Shown piece after piece: positions 21,650 to 32,658 of a DNA stretch of 64,000 nucleotides. The DNA is from Candidatus Bathyarchaeota archaeon. GTDB lineage: Archaea; Thermoproteota; Bathyarchaeia; Bathyarchaeales; Bathycorpusculaceae. The position numbers and the translations under genes were made by a program. The DNA lies in assembly GCA_963780185.1 (NCBI GenBank), contig CAWABA010000009.1:1-64000 (forward strand), given 5' to 3'. Numbering within the stretch: position 1 is the stretch's first letter; each line of letters starts with the position of its first letter. The notes beneath the pieces are model-generated. The model was not told the DNA's origin. It did no database searches and worked only from the letters and a program-made list of their open reading frames with translations.

Positions 21650-21967
21650 CTAACTATCGTTTTGTCCATTGATTTTTATCAGTGACAATTGGCTTAATAG
21701 TTGACTAATGTTGCCTGAAGCAGTTCTGTTGCTCTGTTCGCTTCTTTTTTTCTTCCTATGTTCGGCAGCATGGGCTTTGATGGCGCGGTTCATAGCCTGT
21801 AAATCTGGCACCAGCAGAATTTCGGCTCCGCATTCACATTTGATTGTTGGCAAACGTTCCTTCAAATGCTTATCTGAACCAGCATTTTTGCTTCCTATAT
21901 TCTTGGCAACAGCGACTGCCTCTAGGGGCAACGGTTTCTGAAGCTTCTCCACTCTATTCTTTTTCAT
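21650..21967 (-). CDS. Hypothetical protein with CxC..H..H putative Zn site
   Basis: IKCECGAEILLVPDLQAMNRAIKAHAAEH. Confidence 0.65.
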   Translation of the reverse strand: MKKNRVEKLQKPLPLEAVAVAKNIGSKNAGSDKHLKERLPTIKCECGAEILLVPDLQAMNRAIKAHAAEHRKKKRSEQSNRTASGNISQLLSQLSLIKINGQNDS

Positions 21968-22376
21968 TTAAGCTCGAAAATCTCCGTTCAATTTCTCAAA
22001 CGGTAATTATGCTCAGTGAAGCCTTTATGGTCATGTCTCTGTAGCCCCCCACCTACAGGTTGTTTTTTTGGCAATAAGGTCCATAGATTAGGTCAATTGT
22101 TGATTTTGTTTAAAAGGTGAAGTCCTCAGGGTTACTTGAACTCGATGGGAAGCAGACTTTTGAAGAACAATTGAGGCAGATTAAAAACATGCTTGGCGGA
22201 CCCCCACATTATCAAGATGGCAAACATTCCTGAAGATAACGAAAAGTAACAAACTATTCGCATCTTGTTAAAAGCTGATCCGCCAAGCCGAGTGGGAATA
22301 ACTGTTCCTAGGGGTTATCTTTGACCATAAATAACCTTGTGACTGGAAGCCTACACCAACAAGATAACTGAGTTCG

Positions 22377-23165
22377 TTAGTCTTCAGCTTTTTTCCAGTC
22401 GGATTCAAAACCTGTTCTCAGGACGCCTATTAGATTGCTGTTGTTTGTCCACAAAGAAGGGCTTTCGCCTAACCCAGTTTCTTTGGAGGCTGTAATCAAT
22501 GCTTCTTTATCATCAGACATTATGAAGTGATTCAAAGGTTCGTGATGAAACTTGACGTGAACTGAAGCGCCATCGATGAGTTTTTTCACTTTTTCTTTAA
22601 GCAAACTATCCGGGGTTGTCTCCTTCAAAAAGGAGTCGAACATGAGCGCCTTTCTTTATCGCATGTTTGAATTCATCTGAAAACTGAGACAAAATCGGTA
22701 TGATTCTTCCTTTGTCTGCGATTAACGCGACTTCTTTTCTCGAGTTTCTAATCAGATTCCGAAGTCTTTGCCAAAATTGCTTTCTTTTCCGCTATCAGTA
22801 TGTAGATGCTTTCTTCTCCAGGAAGCGGCTGTTTCCAGTCTTTAAGGGATAGCCTTTGGACACTGCTCCTCATACCCGTTAGCCGCTCATCCGATTTGCT
22901 TTTTTCTTCCGACACCAAGAAGCTTAAGGCATCGGAAATAGGAGTAGCTCGGATTTCAGCTGGTTTACCCAGCAATCTTTCAATCAGACCCATTTTTTCG
23001 AGCGTTGGCAGAATTCTGTAGACATCTTCCCTGCGTACTTTCGAAAACTTCGCAACCTGTCCTACCGTAGTTTTTTCCAGCTTAAGTATCGCCAAATAAA
23101 CCTTTGCCTGATTAAGAGCTTAAACCCAAACCAAGAAGGAGGTCAGTGTTTTCGTCGTCGGTCAT
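22377..23165 (-). CDS. TrmB-family transcriptional regulator (frameshifts)
   Basis: GLSLNQAKVYLA..VAKFSKVRREDVYRILPTLEKMGLIE HTH; PLD-like C-terminus FIMSDDKEALI..SLWTNN. Confidence 0.82.
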
Positions 23166-23428
23166 TCTCAACTCCCACTTTATTTCTTGTAGCCAATTTA
23201 TATTTGAAATTTTTGGTTGTTTTCGCAAAAATATTTAACTATCTTGCTTTCGAGTAGTTGTGTTATTCTGATTTTTGAGCTTTCTACTTGAGCGAAAAGG
23301 AAGAAAATTGCTTTTGAATCTCTTGACAGCCATGTGCAAATCTGGTCTCAAAAAATTGAGGGTTTTTAGGTATTGATTTTACTATAAGTCATTGATTGTT
23401 TTCTTCTATGTCTCAGAGGATGTTCAGT

Positions 23429-23755
23429 TTATGCGAATACGAAGCCGATGATTAGGCCTATTATGAATCCGATGCTTAGCGGTAGTATGCCAATGATGAT
23501 TGCGCCGTATTGATATACAATTGAGCCGTATTGTGTCGCATAATTTTTCAGCACGTTAAGACTTAAACCGAAGAAACCAAAGTAGGCAACCACGAACAAT
23601 ACAATTGCAGCTACAATGGCGATCTTTAGGAATAAATGAATCAGAAAGCCCACGATCAATCCGACGACAAAATTATTATCATTAAAACAATCGGCGGCAA
23701 GCCACCTATGCTTCCAGAAGTAATAAAATGAAATACTTGATCTATTGCGCCCAAA
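23429..23755 (-). CDS. Small membrane protein (5' end frameshifted)
   Basis: Three hydrophobic helices; start approximate. Confidence 0.55.
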   Translation of the reverse strand, partial: FGRNRSSISFYYFWKHRWLAADCFNDNNFVVGLIVGFLIHLFLKIAIVAAIVLFVVAYFGFFGLSLNVLKNYATQYGSIVYQYGAIIIGILPLSIGFIIGLIIGFVFA

Positions 23756-24017
23756 CTCTACAACTCCACAATTAAGCTACATTGGCATAAAATGGCTATT
23801 AAACATGTGTGGCTGTAGCCCCCCAGCGACAAAGCGGTGTTCTGTTTGAACGTCCGAAATTAGATTCGGAACCTAAAACTGGCGAGATTTTTAATGAAAG
23901 CTGTGTCTGTAACCAAGTTACTCTTCAAAGCAAACTCCGCTAACCAGTGTTGTTGGGGCTTCACAGTCACACAAGCTTAATTCTGCCATTGACGGCTTAG
24001 CGTTAGATGTGAAAGAA

Positions 24018-24155
24018 ATGTCGAAGACCAAGAAAAAAGTTGAAAGTGCCGCTGAAAAAACTGGAGAAGCAGTCGGCAAAGGCATCAAAAGAGGCGCTAA
24101 AGCCGTAGATGAATTTGGGAAGGGCATAAAGAAAGAATTTAAGAAAAAAGAATAA
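24018..24155 (+). CDS. Small Lys-rich amphipathic protein (45 aa)
   Basis: MSKTKKKVESAAEKTGEAVGKGIKRGAKAVDEFGKGIKKEFKKKE. Confidence 0.6.
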   Translation: MSKTKKKVESAAEKTGEAVGKGIKRGAKAVDEFGKGIKKEFKKKE

Positions 24156-24336
24156 AGATGACCAAATTTTCCCTTCTAAAACAAAAGAAAAAATTGCCCT
24201 TTTTTACAAGAAATCGCAAGTTTTCAAGTTGTGAATTGAAGCTTAAAACTCCTTTTGAGTGGTTCGACACAGTCACATAGTCTTAAGAGTATCTTGTCTT
24301 CTCCTTTTTCTCTCTTCGTATCGGGAGGTGAATGGT

Positions 24337-24492
24337 TTGTCTCGAACTGCACGTCCAAACATGGAGCCACGAATGACTGATGACGGCAAATACATCTGCG
24401 ACCAAGACAACAAAACCTTCAAAACACGCGAAGAATACGACAAGCACCTATCCGAAGCCCACATGAAAAGCAGCGGCAGCAAAGGCTGGTAA
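24337..24492 (+). CDS. Small C2H2-like zinc-finger protein (second Cys replaced by Asp)
   Basis: KYICDQDNKTFKTREEYDKHLSEAH; GGAGGTGA RBS before TTG. Confidence 0.65.
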   Translation: MSRTARPNMEPRMTDDGKYICDQDNKTFKTREEYDKHLSEAHMKSSGSKGW

Positions 24493-24630
24493 CCAACCAG
24501 ACAGGTTGTAGACCCGTTTCTTTCCTTTTTTTCATTGCTCCGACAGATAAAATTAGCAGAAAACTATGAATGCAACACGGCAAAACGGCTTAGCCTTCAC
24601 GGGATAATGTTTATTTCAATGTTAAAGAAA

Positions 24631-24640
24631 TGTTTATATG
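24631..24640 (+). promoter_or_regulatory. Probable TATA box of the 16S rRNA promoter
   Basis: TTTATATG preceded by a purine-rich BRE-like AAAGAAA, about 300 nt upstream of the 16S gene. Confidence 0.5.
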
Positions 24641-24943
24641 GAATACATGCGCTTCTGTTAGAATTCAGCTATAATTGCTAGCCCCGCAATTTTCACATGG
24701 CGGCGGCTCAACCCGTACCGAAACGGCGATTGCCTTGCAGGGATGATGGTGTTGGCCTCCAGTTGCGGGGACACGTATGTAGACCTGACTAATTGCTCAG
24801 TTAGGTCTGAATTGGGCTTTGACGTATATGAGTGGAATGTTTTTCCCTCCAAATCCAGTTAGGCACAAGAATGCGAAAAAAAATTCGTACCACATCAAAA
24901 AACAAGATAGTAAGATCCGCAGAAATCATTACGGAGTGTCACA

Positions 24944-26436
<1,493 letters not shown>

Positions 26437-26605
26437 AAGTAAAAAGCATTCGAATGCTTAATTGGAGGAGCAAGGAAAGCATGGAAACCCACAAAATATG
26501 CGTCAAAGCCCAATAACATTAGCAATATAGCTCAAATGGGTTAATTCTTTATTTCTTTTAACTAAACTCTTTTAAGAATCTCATAAATTACTTGACTCGA
26601 TCTTC

Positions 26606-27533
26606 ATGAGTCAAAAAGCCTTCATATCAGATGCCGACGCGGCGCTGTCAAATCTTATCTGGAACGGCATAAAAGATGAACCCGTAGCAAAAAACATTAT
26701 CTCAAGCCAAGAGCAAATTTCATTTTCCTCTCCCAAAGACGCTACTGCTCAAAAAACCAGAAAACTGTCCATATTTCTGCACAATACAACTGAAGAAACA
26801 ACGGCAAGAAAGGTGCCTCTGACGTTGGATTCCAAAGAAAATACAATCTCACCGACTTTTGCCCTGCACTATCTCGTCACACCAACCACTGGAAACGACA
26901 AAGACAACCATGCTTTGCTTGAAGAAATAATTCAGGTCCTTTTAGCCACGCCGGCGATTGCCGATGCAAGTAAAGAAAACAAAGTCGGGTTTGCTGTGAA
27001 GATAGATTCGCTTTCCCTAGAAGAGCTAACCAAACTGTGGACAGCATTGGGCATCCCCCTTAGGCTTTCCGTGATTATAACCGTTACATCGGCTCAGCCA
27101 GGAATTGACTCCCAGGCACAAATAAAAAGCGGCGCCGGAGCACCCCAAGCAGCAGCTCAAACAGTTGTGCGCGACGAACCCGTTATCCAACTCTACCAAG
27201 CCGTGCTCAAAACTTTCGCGGAGCAATCTGACGGCTGGAAAAACCGCAACTTTGCCGTCAGACAATGGGTAATCCAAGACTTCAAGAAAAACACCAACAT
27301 GGCCGTGGAGGAAATGCGCAGTGACCTCAACAGTTTAGGTGACAAGCTGCAAAGACACGAGCCGACAGAGCAGTTCATAAAGTCCCTGAACGCGTTGGCT
27401 GGATACTACAAACACCAGCTTGAGCAGACTGACGGGAATGCAGAAAGTGTCTCGCAACCAGAATGAAAACATTGAAACATTAAACACCTGGATCAAAGAC
27501 ATCGAGAACTTACAAGAAGCTTTGGAAAAATAG
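26606..27533 (+). CDS. DUF4255/Pvc16-N-like domain protein (frameshift near 3' end)
   Basis: ISFSSP..LSIFLH..LHYLVTP..HALLEEIIQVL..SLEELTKLWTALGIPLRLSV. Confidence 0.7.
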
Positions 27534-27623
27534 ACCTAAAATCCTCAATAATTAGCGCTCAATAACTGGAATTATAAATCTCTCTGTTACTGAATTTTGG
27601 GTTGATGTAGTCCCATTTTTTAA

Positions 27624-28022
27624 CTAAAGCCAGATTCGTTTGGTTTCTTTTATGGCATCAAAGTGTGGGTCGTCCGAGATTACTTTGGCTTGGTTCTTTA
27701 TGGCGATGGCGGCGATAATGCAATCGCCCACGGGTAGGTTTTTGTGAGTGCTTTTAAGTATGCCCGCGTCTTTTGCGATGGAAGACGTTAAGCCCTCTAT
27801 TCTTAATCCGCTAGCATTGATTGAGCGATAAGTTATTTCTGCGCTTTCTTTACCCCTCTTTGAGCAAATGAACTGAATTGTTTCAAGGAGTACTATAGTT
27901 GGGATTATCCCATTAGCACTTTGCCTTAACTCCCTCATCTTTTGGCTTGTTTTCTGGCGCATTTTTGGGTCTTGTGAATAAAGGTGTTCTATAAAAAAGC
28001 GTGTGTCGAGCACTTCTTTCAA
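27624..28022 (-). CDS. vapC: PIN-domain (VapC-like) toxin
   Basis: VLDTRFFI..TIVLLE..GDCIIAAIA..ISDDPHF. Confidence 0.88.
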   Translation of the reverse strand: MKEVLDTRFFIEHLYSQDPKMRQKTSQKMRELRQSANGIIPTIVLLETIQFICSKRGKESAEITYRSINASGLRIEGLTSSIAKDAGILKSTHKNLPVGDCIIAAIAIKNQAKVISDDPHFDAIKETKRIWL

Positions 28023-28025
28023 GGG

Positions 28026-28249
28026 CTAGTATTCCTCGCGTAACTTGTCTAATTCTTTCTTCAGCTCAGCAACGTCTGCATCCCCGGCGAAAATCCCCGC
28101 AAGATCCTCTAGTTTAGGCACTCTTTTGAAAGTTACTGCTTGGTCAACTTTTTCTACTGACAAAACATCGCCTTCTTTTATTCCAAGTTCCTTTCTGATC
28201 CGTGCGGGAATGGTGGTTTGCCCTTTTTAGTAACCTTGACTGTTTGCAT
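28026..28249 (-). CDS. AbrB/MazE-family antitoxin (one-base frameshift)
   Basis: MQTVKVTKKG[fs]QTTIPARIRKELGIKEGDVL..DVAELKKELDKLREEY directly upstream of the PIN gene. Confidence 0.85.
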
Positions 28250-28322
28250 AGGAATATCCTTACTTTAATATGAAAGTACTACGCTCTTAAGACTTCCTAC
28301 AAAAAGGAAAAGTAATAAACGT

Positions 28323-28826
28323 TTATTCGGTCAGGGTCTTCGTGTAGTCCCAGATTTTGTCGCTTACCCAATGCAACGTTTTTACAATTGGGCCCTTTTT
28401 GGTTTGCCTTGCTGTTTCAGCGTCGAGGAGGCTTTCGCCGATTGCCAAGGATTTTCCAAACTTCACGTCAACGATGAGAACCAGATCGCCTTTGCTGAAG
28501 TTGCCTTCTATGCGTACTATGCCTGGAGCCATGACGGTTGCGCCTTTGCAGACATACGGTACGGCGCCCATGTCGACCACGATTTTGGGTGCGCCAACTA
28601 TGTATTCGGTGAAGTGGAGTGTGGGTAATATTTTGGTGTCGGATTTGAATAGGATGGGTTTTCCTTCGATGAGGTAAATTTCGCCGACTTCGGACTCAAC
28701 AACTTCCACTATGGCTTTGCTGCCGAAAAGTGCCTCCAAGTCAAGTTTCAAGTTTGCCGAGGCTTCGACGAGAACCTGTTTTGCCTCTTTGTTTTTTAAT
28801 GGGTATCTTCGCTGTTTCGTTGGCAT
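28323..28826 (-). CDS. DUF1947/PUA RNA-binding protein (MCT-1/Tma20-like)
   Basis: ILPTL..IVVDMGAVPYVCKGATVMAPGIV..LHWVSDKIW. Confidence 0.88.
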   Translation of the reverse strand: MPTKQRRYPLKNKEAKQVLVEASANLKLDLEALFGSKAIVEVVESEVGEIYLIEGKPILFKSDTKILPTLHFTEYIVGAPKIVVDMGAVPYVCKGATVMAPGIVRIEGNFSKGDLVLIVDVKFGKSLAIGESLLDAETARQTKKGPIVKTLHWVSDKIWDYTKTLTE

Positions 28827-28973
28827 GCTGCTCGCTACCGTATTCTGCAAGCTAAAATTTAACTTTACCCCAAAATCCACCGTCAAAGTTGCGTCGCTTT
28901 TTTATATTAGCCTCAACCTCTAATTGCAACTAATCAATCCCGGAAAACAAGCTTAGAATTGAGGACCAAAAAT

Positions 28974-29555
28974 ATGGCTAAATGTTATGGTTGCGGCAAA
29001 GAATCCAAGGGCGGCATGCCGACCGCGAAAATAGACGGCGACGAACGATCTTACTGTGCTGACTGTTACTGGAAAGTTGAGAAGGAATACAAAGCCAAGC
29101 GGAACTGCGAGGAATGCAGCTACTTCTGCGAGGAAACCTGCAAGAAGAAAAACGGCAAAAAACTCAAGGCGACGACGGTTGGCTACAACATGTATTTTGA
29201 TGAGGCGGAAAAATGCGGCGACTTCAGCACCGACAAAGATGTTGCCGTGACGGAAATCCGAAAGCTTGAGGCGCAGGGCAAATTCGAGGAGGCAGCCGCT
29301 GGATACGACCGATGGAGTATGGATGACGAAGCGGAAGCGGCTCGGCGAAAGATGCCTAAGCCACGCAGCAACGTCGACGCCAAAGTCAAAGACCTGGCTA
29401 AAAAGGGGGAAACTTTAACTTACTATTGCCCACACTGTGGGGCGCAGCTGAAGATCGGGGCGAAAGCAACTCAGATCCCGAAGTTCTGCACCAACTGCAA
29501 AGGCGATTTGACGCTTCTAGATTTAAGCAAATTCATAGAGGAACATGAGGCTTAG
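28974..29555 (+). CDS. Multi-zinc-ribbon hypothetical protein
   Basis: CYGC, CADC, CEEC..C, CPHC and CTNC motifs. Confidence 0.7.
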   Translation: MAKCYGCGKESKGGMPTAKIDGDERSYCADCYWKVEKEYKAKRNCEECSYFCEETCKKKNGKKLKATTVGYNMYFDEAEKCGDFSTDKDVAVTEIRKLEAQGKFEEAAAGYDRWSMDDEAEAARRKMPKPRSNVDAKVKDLAKKGETLTYYCPHCGAQLKIGAKATQIPKFCTNCKGDLTLLDLSKFIEEHEA

Positions 29556-29765
29556 GCAGTTTTAGGATGTGCTGACCCTCCGTTCGGCGCTTAAGCACTT
29601 TGGCGGGCACCTTTCTTTTTCAGACTCATGTTCTTTACGCTCTCCCTTCTCCTCCTCAAAATATCTCCAAACCCCACAATCCAATAAAATTCACAATAGA
29701 CAGGGATATTCTTGTTTCAGGAAAGGTTTATTTCATACTCAACGCTAAGACGCAATTGACCTAAA

Positions 29766-30434
29766 ATGCTTGGGGCTCTTCTCGACCTCGAAGGAACACT
29801 TGTTGAGTCTCCGACCAAGAACTCGGCGATTATGTTAGCGTACAGGTCAAAACTATTTCCTACATTTGAAGAGTTGGGAATCCCTTCTTACATCATTGAT
29901 GTCACAGCTCAAACAGCGGTCGTCTATAACAATGCAATGGATTATGCTACAAGAAACTTTTCTTTTCAAGAGCAAAGAAAGTATCATATTGGTATCAACG
30001 AGTTTATGGTTGAACATGAGGTTGGATGGGCACAGGAATCAAAACCCTATCCAGAAGCACAAATTTTGCTTGAGCAACTGAAAAATTTTGGCTTGAGACT
30101 AGGGTTAGTTACCAATACAAGCGAAAAAGCTGCGGAAATTATGCTTTGTGCGGGAGGACTAAAGGGTTACTTCGATACTGTTGTCACCCGTACGAACGTC
30201 AAAAAGATTAAACCTGACCCAGAAAGCATCTCGTTAGCCTTAAGCAACCTTGGATTGAAAGACTTTATCTTTGTAGGCGATTCAGAACTAGACGCTCTGG
30301 CAGCCAAAGCGCTTTGCGGCACTTCAATAATATTAAAGAGCAATCTAGCAAAAAGGACTTTTTTTGCCAATTATTTTGTGAATTCGCTGTCCGAAGTATA
30401 CCCTGCTCTTTTAGAAATAATGAGGAAAACTTGA
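29766..30434 (+). CDS. HAD-superfamily hydrolase (phosphatase-like)
   Basis: Motif I DLEGTL, motif II VTN, KPDP and VGDSELD. Confidence 0.88.
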   Translation: MLGALLDLEGTLVESPTKNSAIMLAYRSKLFPTFEELGIPSYIIDVTAQTAVVYNNAMDYATRNFSFQEQRKYHIGINEFMVEHEVGWAQESKPYPEAQILLEQLKNFGLRLGLVTNTSEKAAEIMLCAGGLKGYFDTVVTRTNVKKIKPDPESISLALSNLGLKDFIFVGDSELDALAAKALCGTSIILKSNLAKRTFFANYFVNSLSEVYPALLEIMRKT

Positions 30435-30438
30435 ACTT

Positions 30439-32658
30439 TCAAGTTTTTTTCTTCCAACGCCCTCTTCGGTACGAGGGTTCCCAACTATACAAACCTCGGG
30501 CCTCTTTAGGAAATATCGGGTGCAAAATATCTTTTTTTGCAATGTTTCCCAAATGCCACGTGAGAAACAGGGATTTAACTAAAAGTTCAAGTGAACCAAC
30601 TACTCCTTGTTTATCAGTTTCTAAAACGAATGTCTTAAAATACTTCTCGAAGCGGCTGGACAAAAAATCAACTAACTCGTTATCTTTGGGCGTTTTTATT
30701 ATTATGACGCTTCTATTTGGGCGTCCGTACAAATTAATATATCGGCCATGCGTGAAATTTTTCATTTCGCAAATTTCAATTGTACATAATCCTCCCTCAA
30801 CGATTTTTGACTCAAAATCAACAAGTGCTGGTAGACCCCAACCTCTTCCAAAACTTACAATGTGCATTTTATCAATGCTGCCAACTTCAGAGGCGAACGC
30901 TGAAGCCATCGAGTTCATCTCACGTGTTGCGGAATTCACCATATTTCTTAGATTGCTCTCGGAGAAAAAATCTTCAAGAGGCTCAATTTCTGTTTGGGGA
31001 ACAAACAAGCCACATAGCGCTGATACTTGTGATAATAAGCCTATGATTGAGACAAAATCTCTTTCTTCTGCTTGTATGAAGAAGTTCTTCCAGCTATTTT
31101 GGTTCGCCATTTCGGCAAGTTTTGAAGTTTTATTTCCTGTTAAAACAGCACAATTCGTATGTTCAAGTTCAATTGCATGAAGAGCAGCACCCAAAATATC
31201 AGTATTTCCTCCACCATGCGAGATAAACCAAACGGTAGCATCTTTATCAACATTCTCAAGACCTTCAAACTCGTAAGGCGTCATGGCTTTAGCCAGCTTT
31301 CCCCACGAATGTAAATACAGTGCTTCAGTAAACGCTGCTGCAGTGTATGATCCACCAGACCCTATTATTAAGGCTCTTGACGAATTGAAGTTTGATGCAA
31401 TCGATCGATAGGTTTTTCCAATTTCAAAACTCGAACGCATTGTCCAAGGGATTCTTGATAGACTCTCGAGACTTTTTCGAGAATACGTTGGCTTTATTCC
31501 TAAGATTTTCGGCTGAGTGATATTCGTAGCTTTTTTGGATTGTACTGCACCACAGATTTTGCAAACACCAAAGTTTACCAAACGGTAGGGCTCAACAATG
31601 GGTTTGGGTAGTCCAATATTCGGGCTAAAAGAGTTCCCAGATGATTTTGTATCAATAATAATTCTAGCTGTTTCCAGAATCTCGCTGGGCGTGAGACGCT
31701 GATTCAAAAAAACCCTTTGAAGTGATCTTGCACCATACAACGTACAATTTAAGGAAGATAAGGCTCTTGCAATATCCACTACTTGCATAAAACTCTCGAA
31801 TGTTTCATCAAATCCTTGCTCTATGAGCAGTTTGGAAGCGGCAATGCCGAAAAAGATGTCCCCTGAGCCAGCACAGTCGCGAATAGAATCGCATTTAATC
31901 GCTGGACTGTGAAAAATCTGTGTTTTACCTCTTAGATTAGCATACCCATAAGATCCCGAATCGCCATTGGTAACAAGAAGATATCGAGTATCTGGGTACA
32001 GTTCTCTCCACTTCAAAACGGCGCTATCCTCGGAACTGCCACTTAACTTAACAAATGTTTTATGATTCACTTTGACAAGATCTGATAATCTCAATATACT
32101 TTCGAGAGTTTTATTATGCTTCCCAAATGATGTAAAACTAAGATCATACGCAATTTTTCCGCTTTTTTGCTTGACTAGGCCAGCCAATAGCAAAGTTGCT
32201 TCATTTGATCTATCCAGAATCAAAAGATCAGTTTTTTCTGCGAGCGCTCTTGTTCTATTTGAGACGTCATTGCTTGAAATTTGATATTCTCTATCAAAAT
32301 TACTCTTGCATCTTGGGCAATGCATTTCGAATTTATGACTACCGTTCGGAAAGATAAGATGTGCGAATTGTCGCGTAAATCTGAGATCCTTTTGATTGCC
32401 TCTTTCGACAAGATTATCGTAATTTACACTGAATAATCTAAAATCCTCTTTTACGATTCTTTCTCCTAAATCATTTCCAATCAAACTGAAGACGAATGGT
32501 TTGTTTCCAAGCAATGACATTAAACAGAGAGTATTTGCAACAGTTCCTCCTCCCGCACTACCGAGATATGTAAGATCAGATTGGGTTTCTTTAAGGGTTG
32601 ACGATAAGAAGATGTGATCGACGGCGACTAACCCTGACCCCAGAACTATTTTAGCCAT
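30439..32658 (-). CDS. PfkB/ribokinase-family kinase fused to a double SIS (GlmS/FrlB-like) domain
   Basis: N-terminal GSGLVAVDH, AGGGTVAN, DLVKVN, VTNG and DCAGSGDIF; C-terminal IGSGGSYTAA, ISHGGGNTDI and ESKIVEGG..NFTHGR; two CxxC pairs. Confidence 0.85.
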   Translation of the reverse strand: MAKIVLGSGLVAVDHIFLSSTLKETQSDLTYLGSAGGGTVANTLCLMSLLGNKPFVFSLIGNDLGERIVKEDFRLFSVNYDNLVERGNQKDLRFTRQFAHLIFPNGSHKFEMHCPRCKSNFDREYQISSNDVSNRTRALAEKTDLLILDRSNEATLLLAGLVKQKSGKIAYDLSFTSFGKHNKTLESILRLSDLVKVNHKTFVKLSGSSEDSAVLKWRELYPDTRYLLVTNGDSGSYGYANLRGKTQIFHSPAIKCDSIRDCAGSGDIFFGIAASKLLIEQGFDETFESFMQVVDIARALSSLNCTLYGARSLQRVFLNQRLTPSEILETARIIIDTKSSGNSFSPNIGLPKPIVEPYRLVNFGVCKICGAVQSKKATNITQPKILGIKPTYSRKSLESLSRIPWTMRSSFEIGKTYRSIASNFNSSRALIIGSGGSYTAAAFTEALYLHSWGKLAKAMTPYEFEGLENVDKDATVWFISHGGGNTDILGAALHAIELEHTNCAVLTGNKTSKLAEMANQNSWKNFFIQAEERDFVSIIGLLSQVSALCGLFVPQTEIEPLEDFFSESNLRNMVNSATREMNSMASAFASEVGSIDKMHIVSFGRGWGLPALVDFESKIVEGGLCTIEICEMKNFTHGRYINLYGRPNRSVIIIKTPKDNELVDFLSSRFEKYFKTFVLETDKQGVVGSLELLVKSLFLTWHLGNIAKKDILHPIFPKEARGLYSWEPSYRRGRWKKKT

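Noticed and set aside
27624-28249. AbrB-PIN pair as a novel system
   Set aside because: It is an ordinary VapBC-type toxin-antitoxin module.
30314-31180. 288-aa plus-strand ORF
   Set aside because: It is antisense to the SIS domain, has no motif and has shadow-ORF composition.
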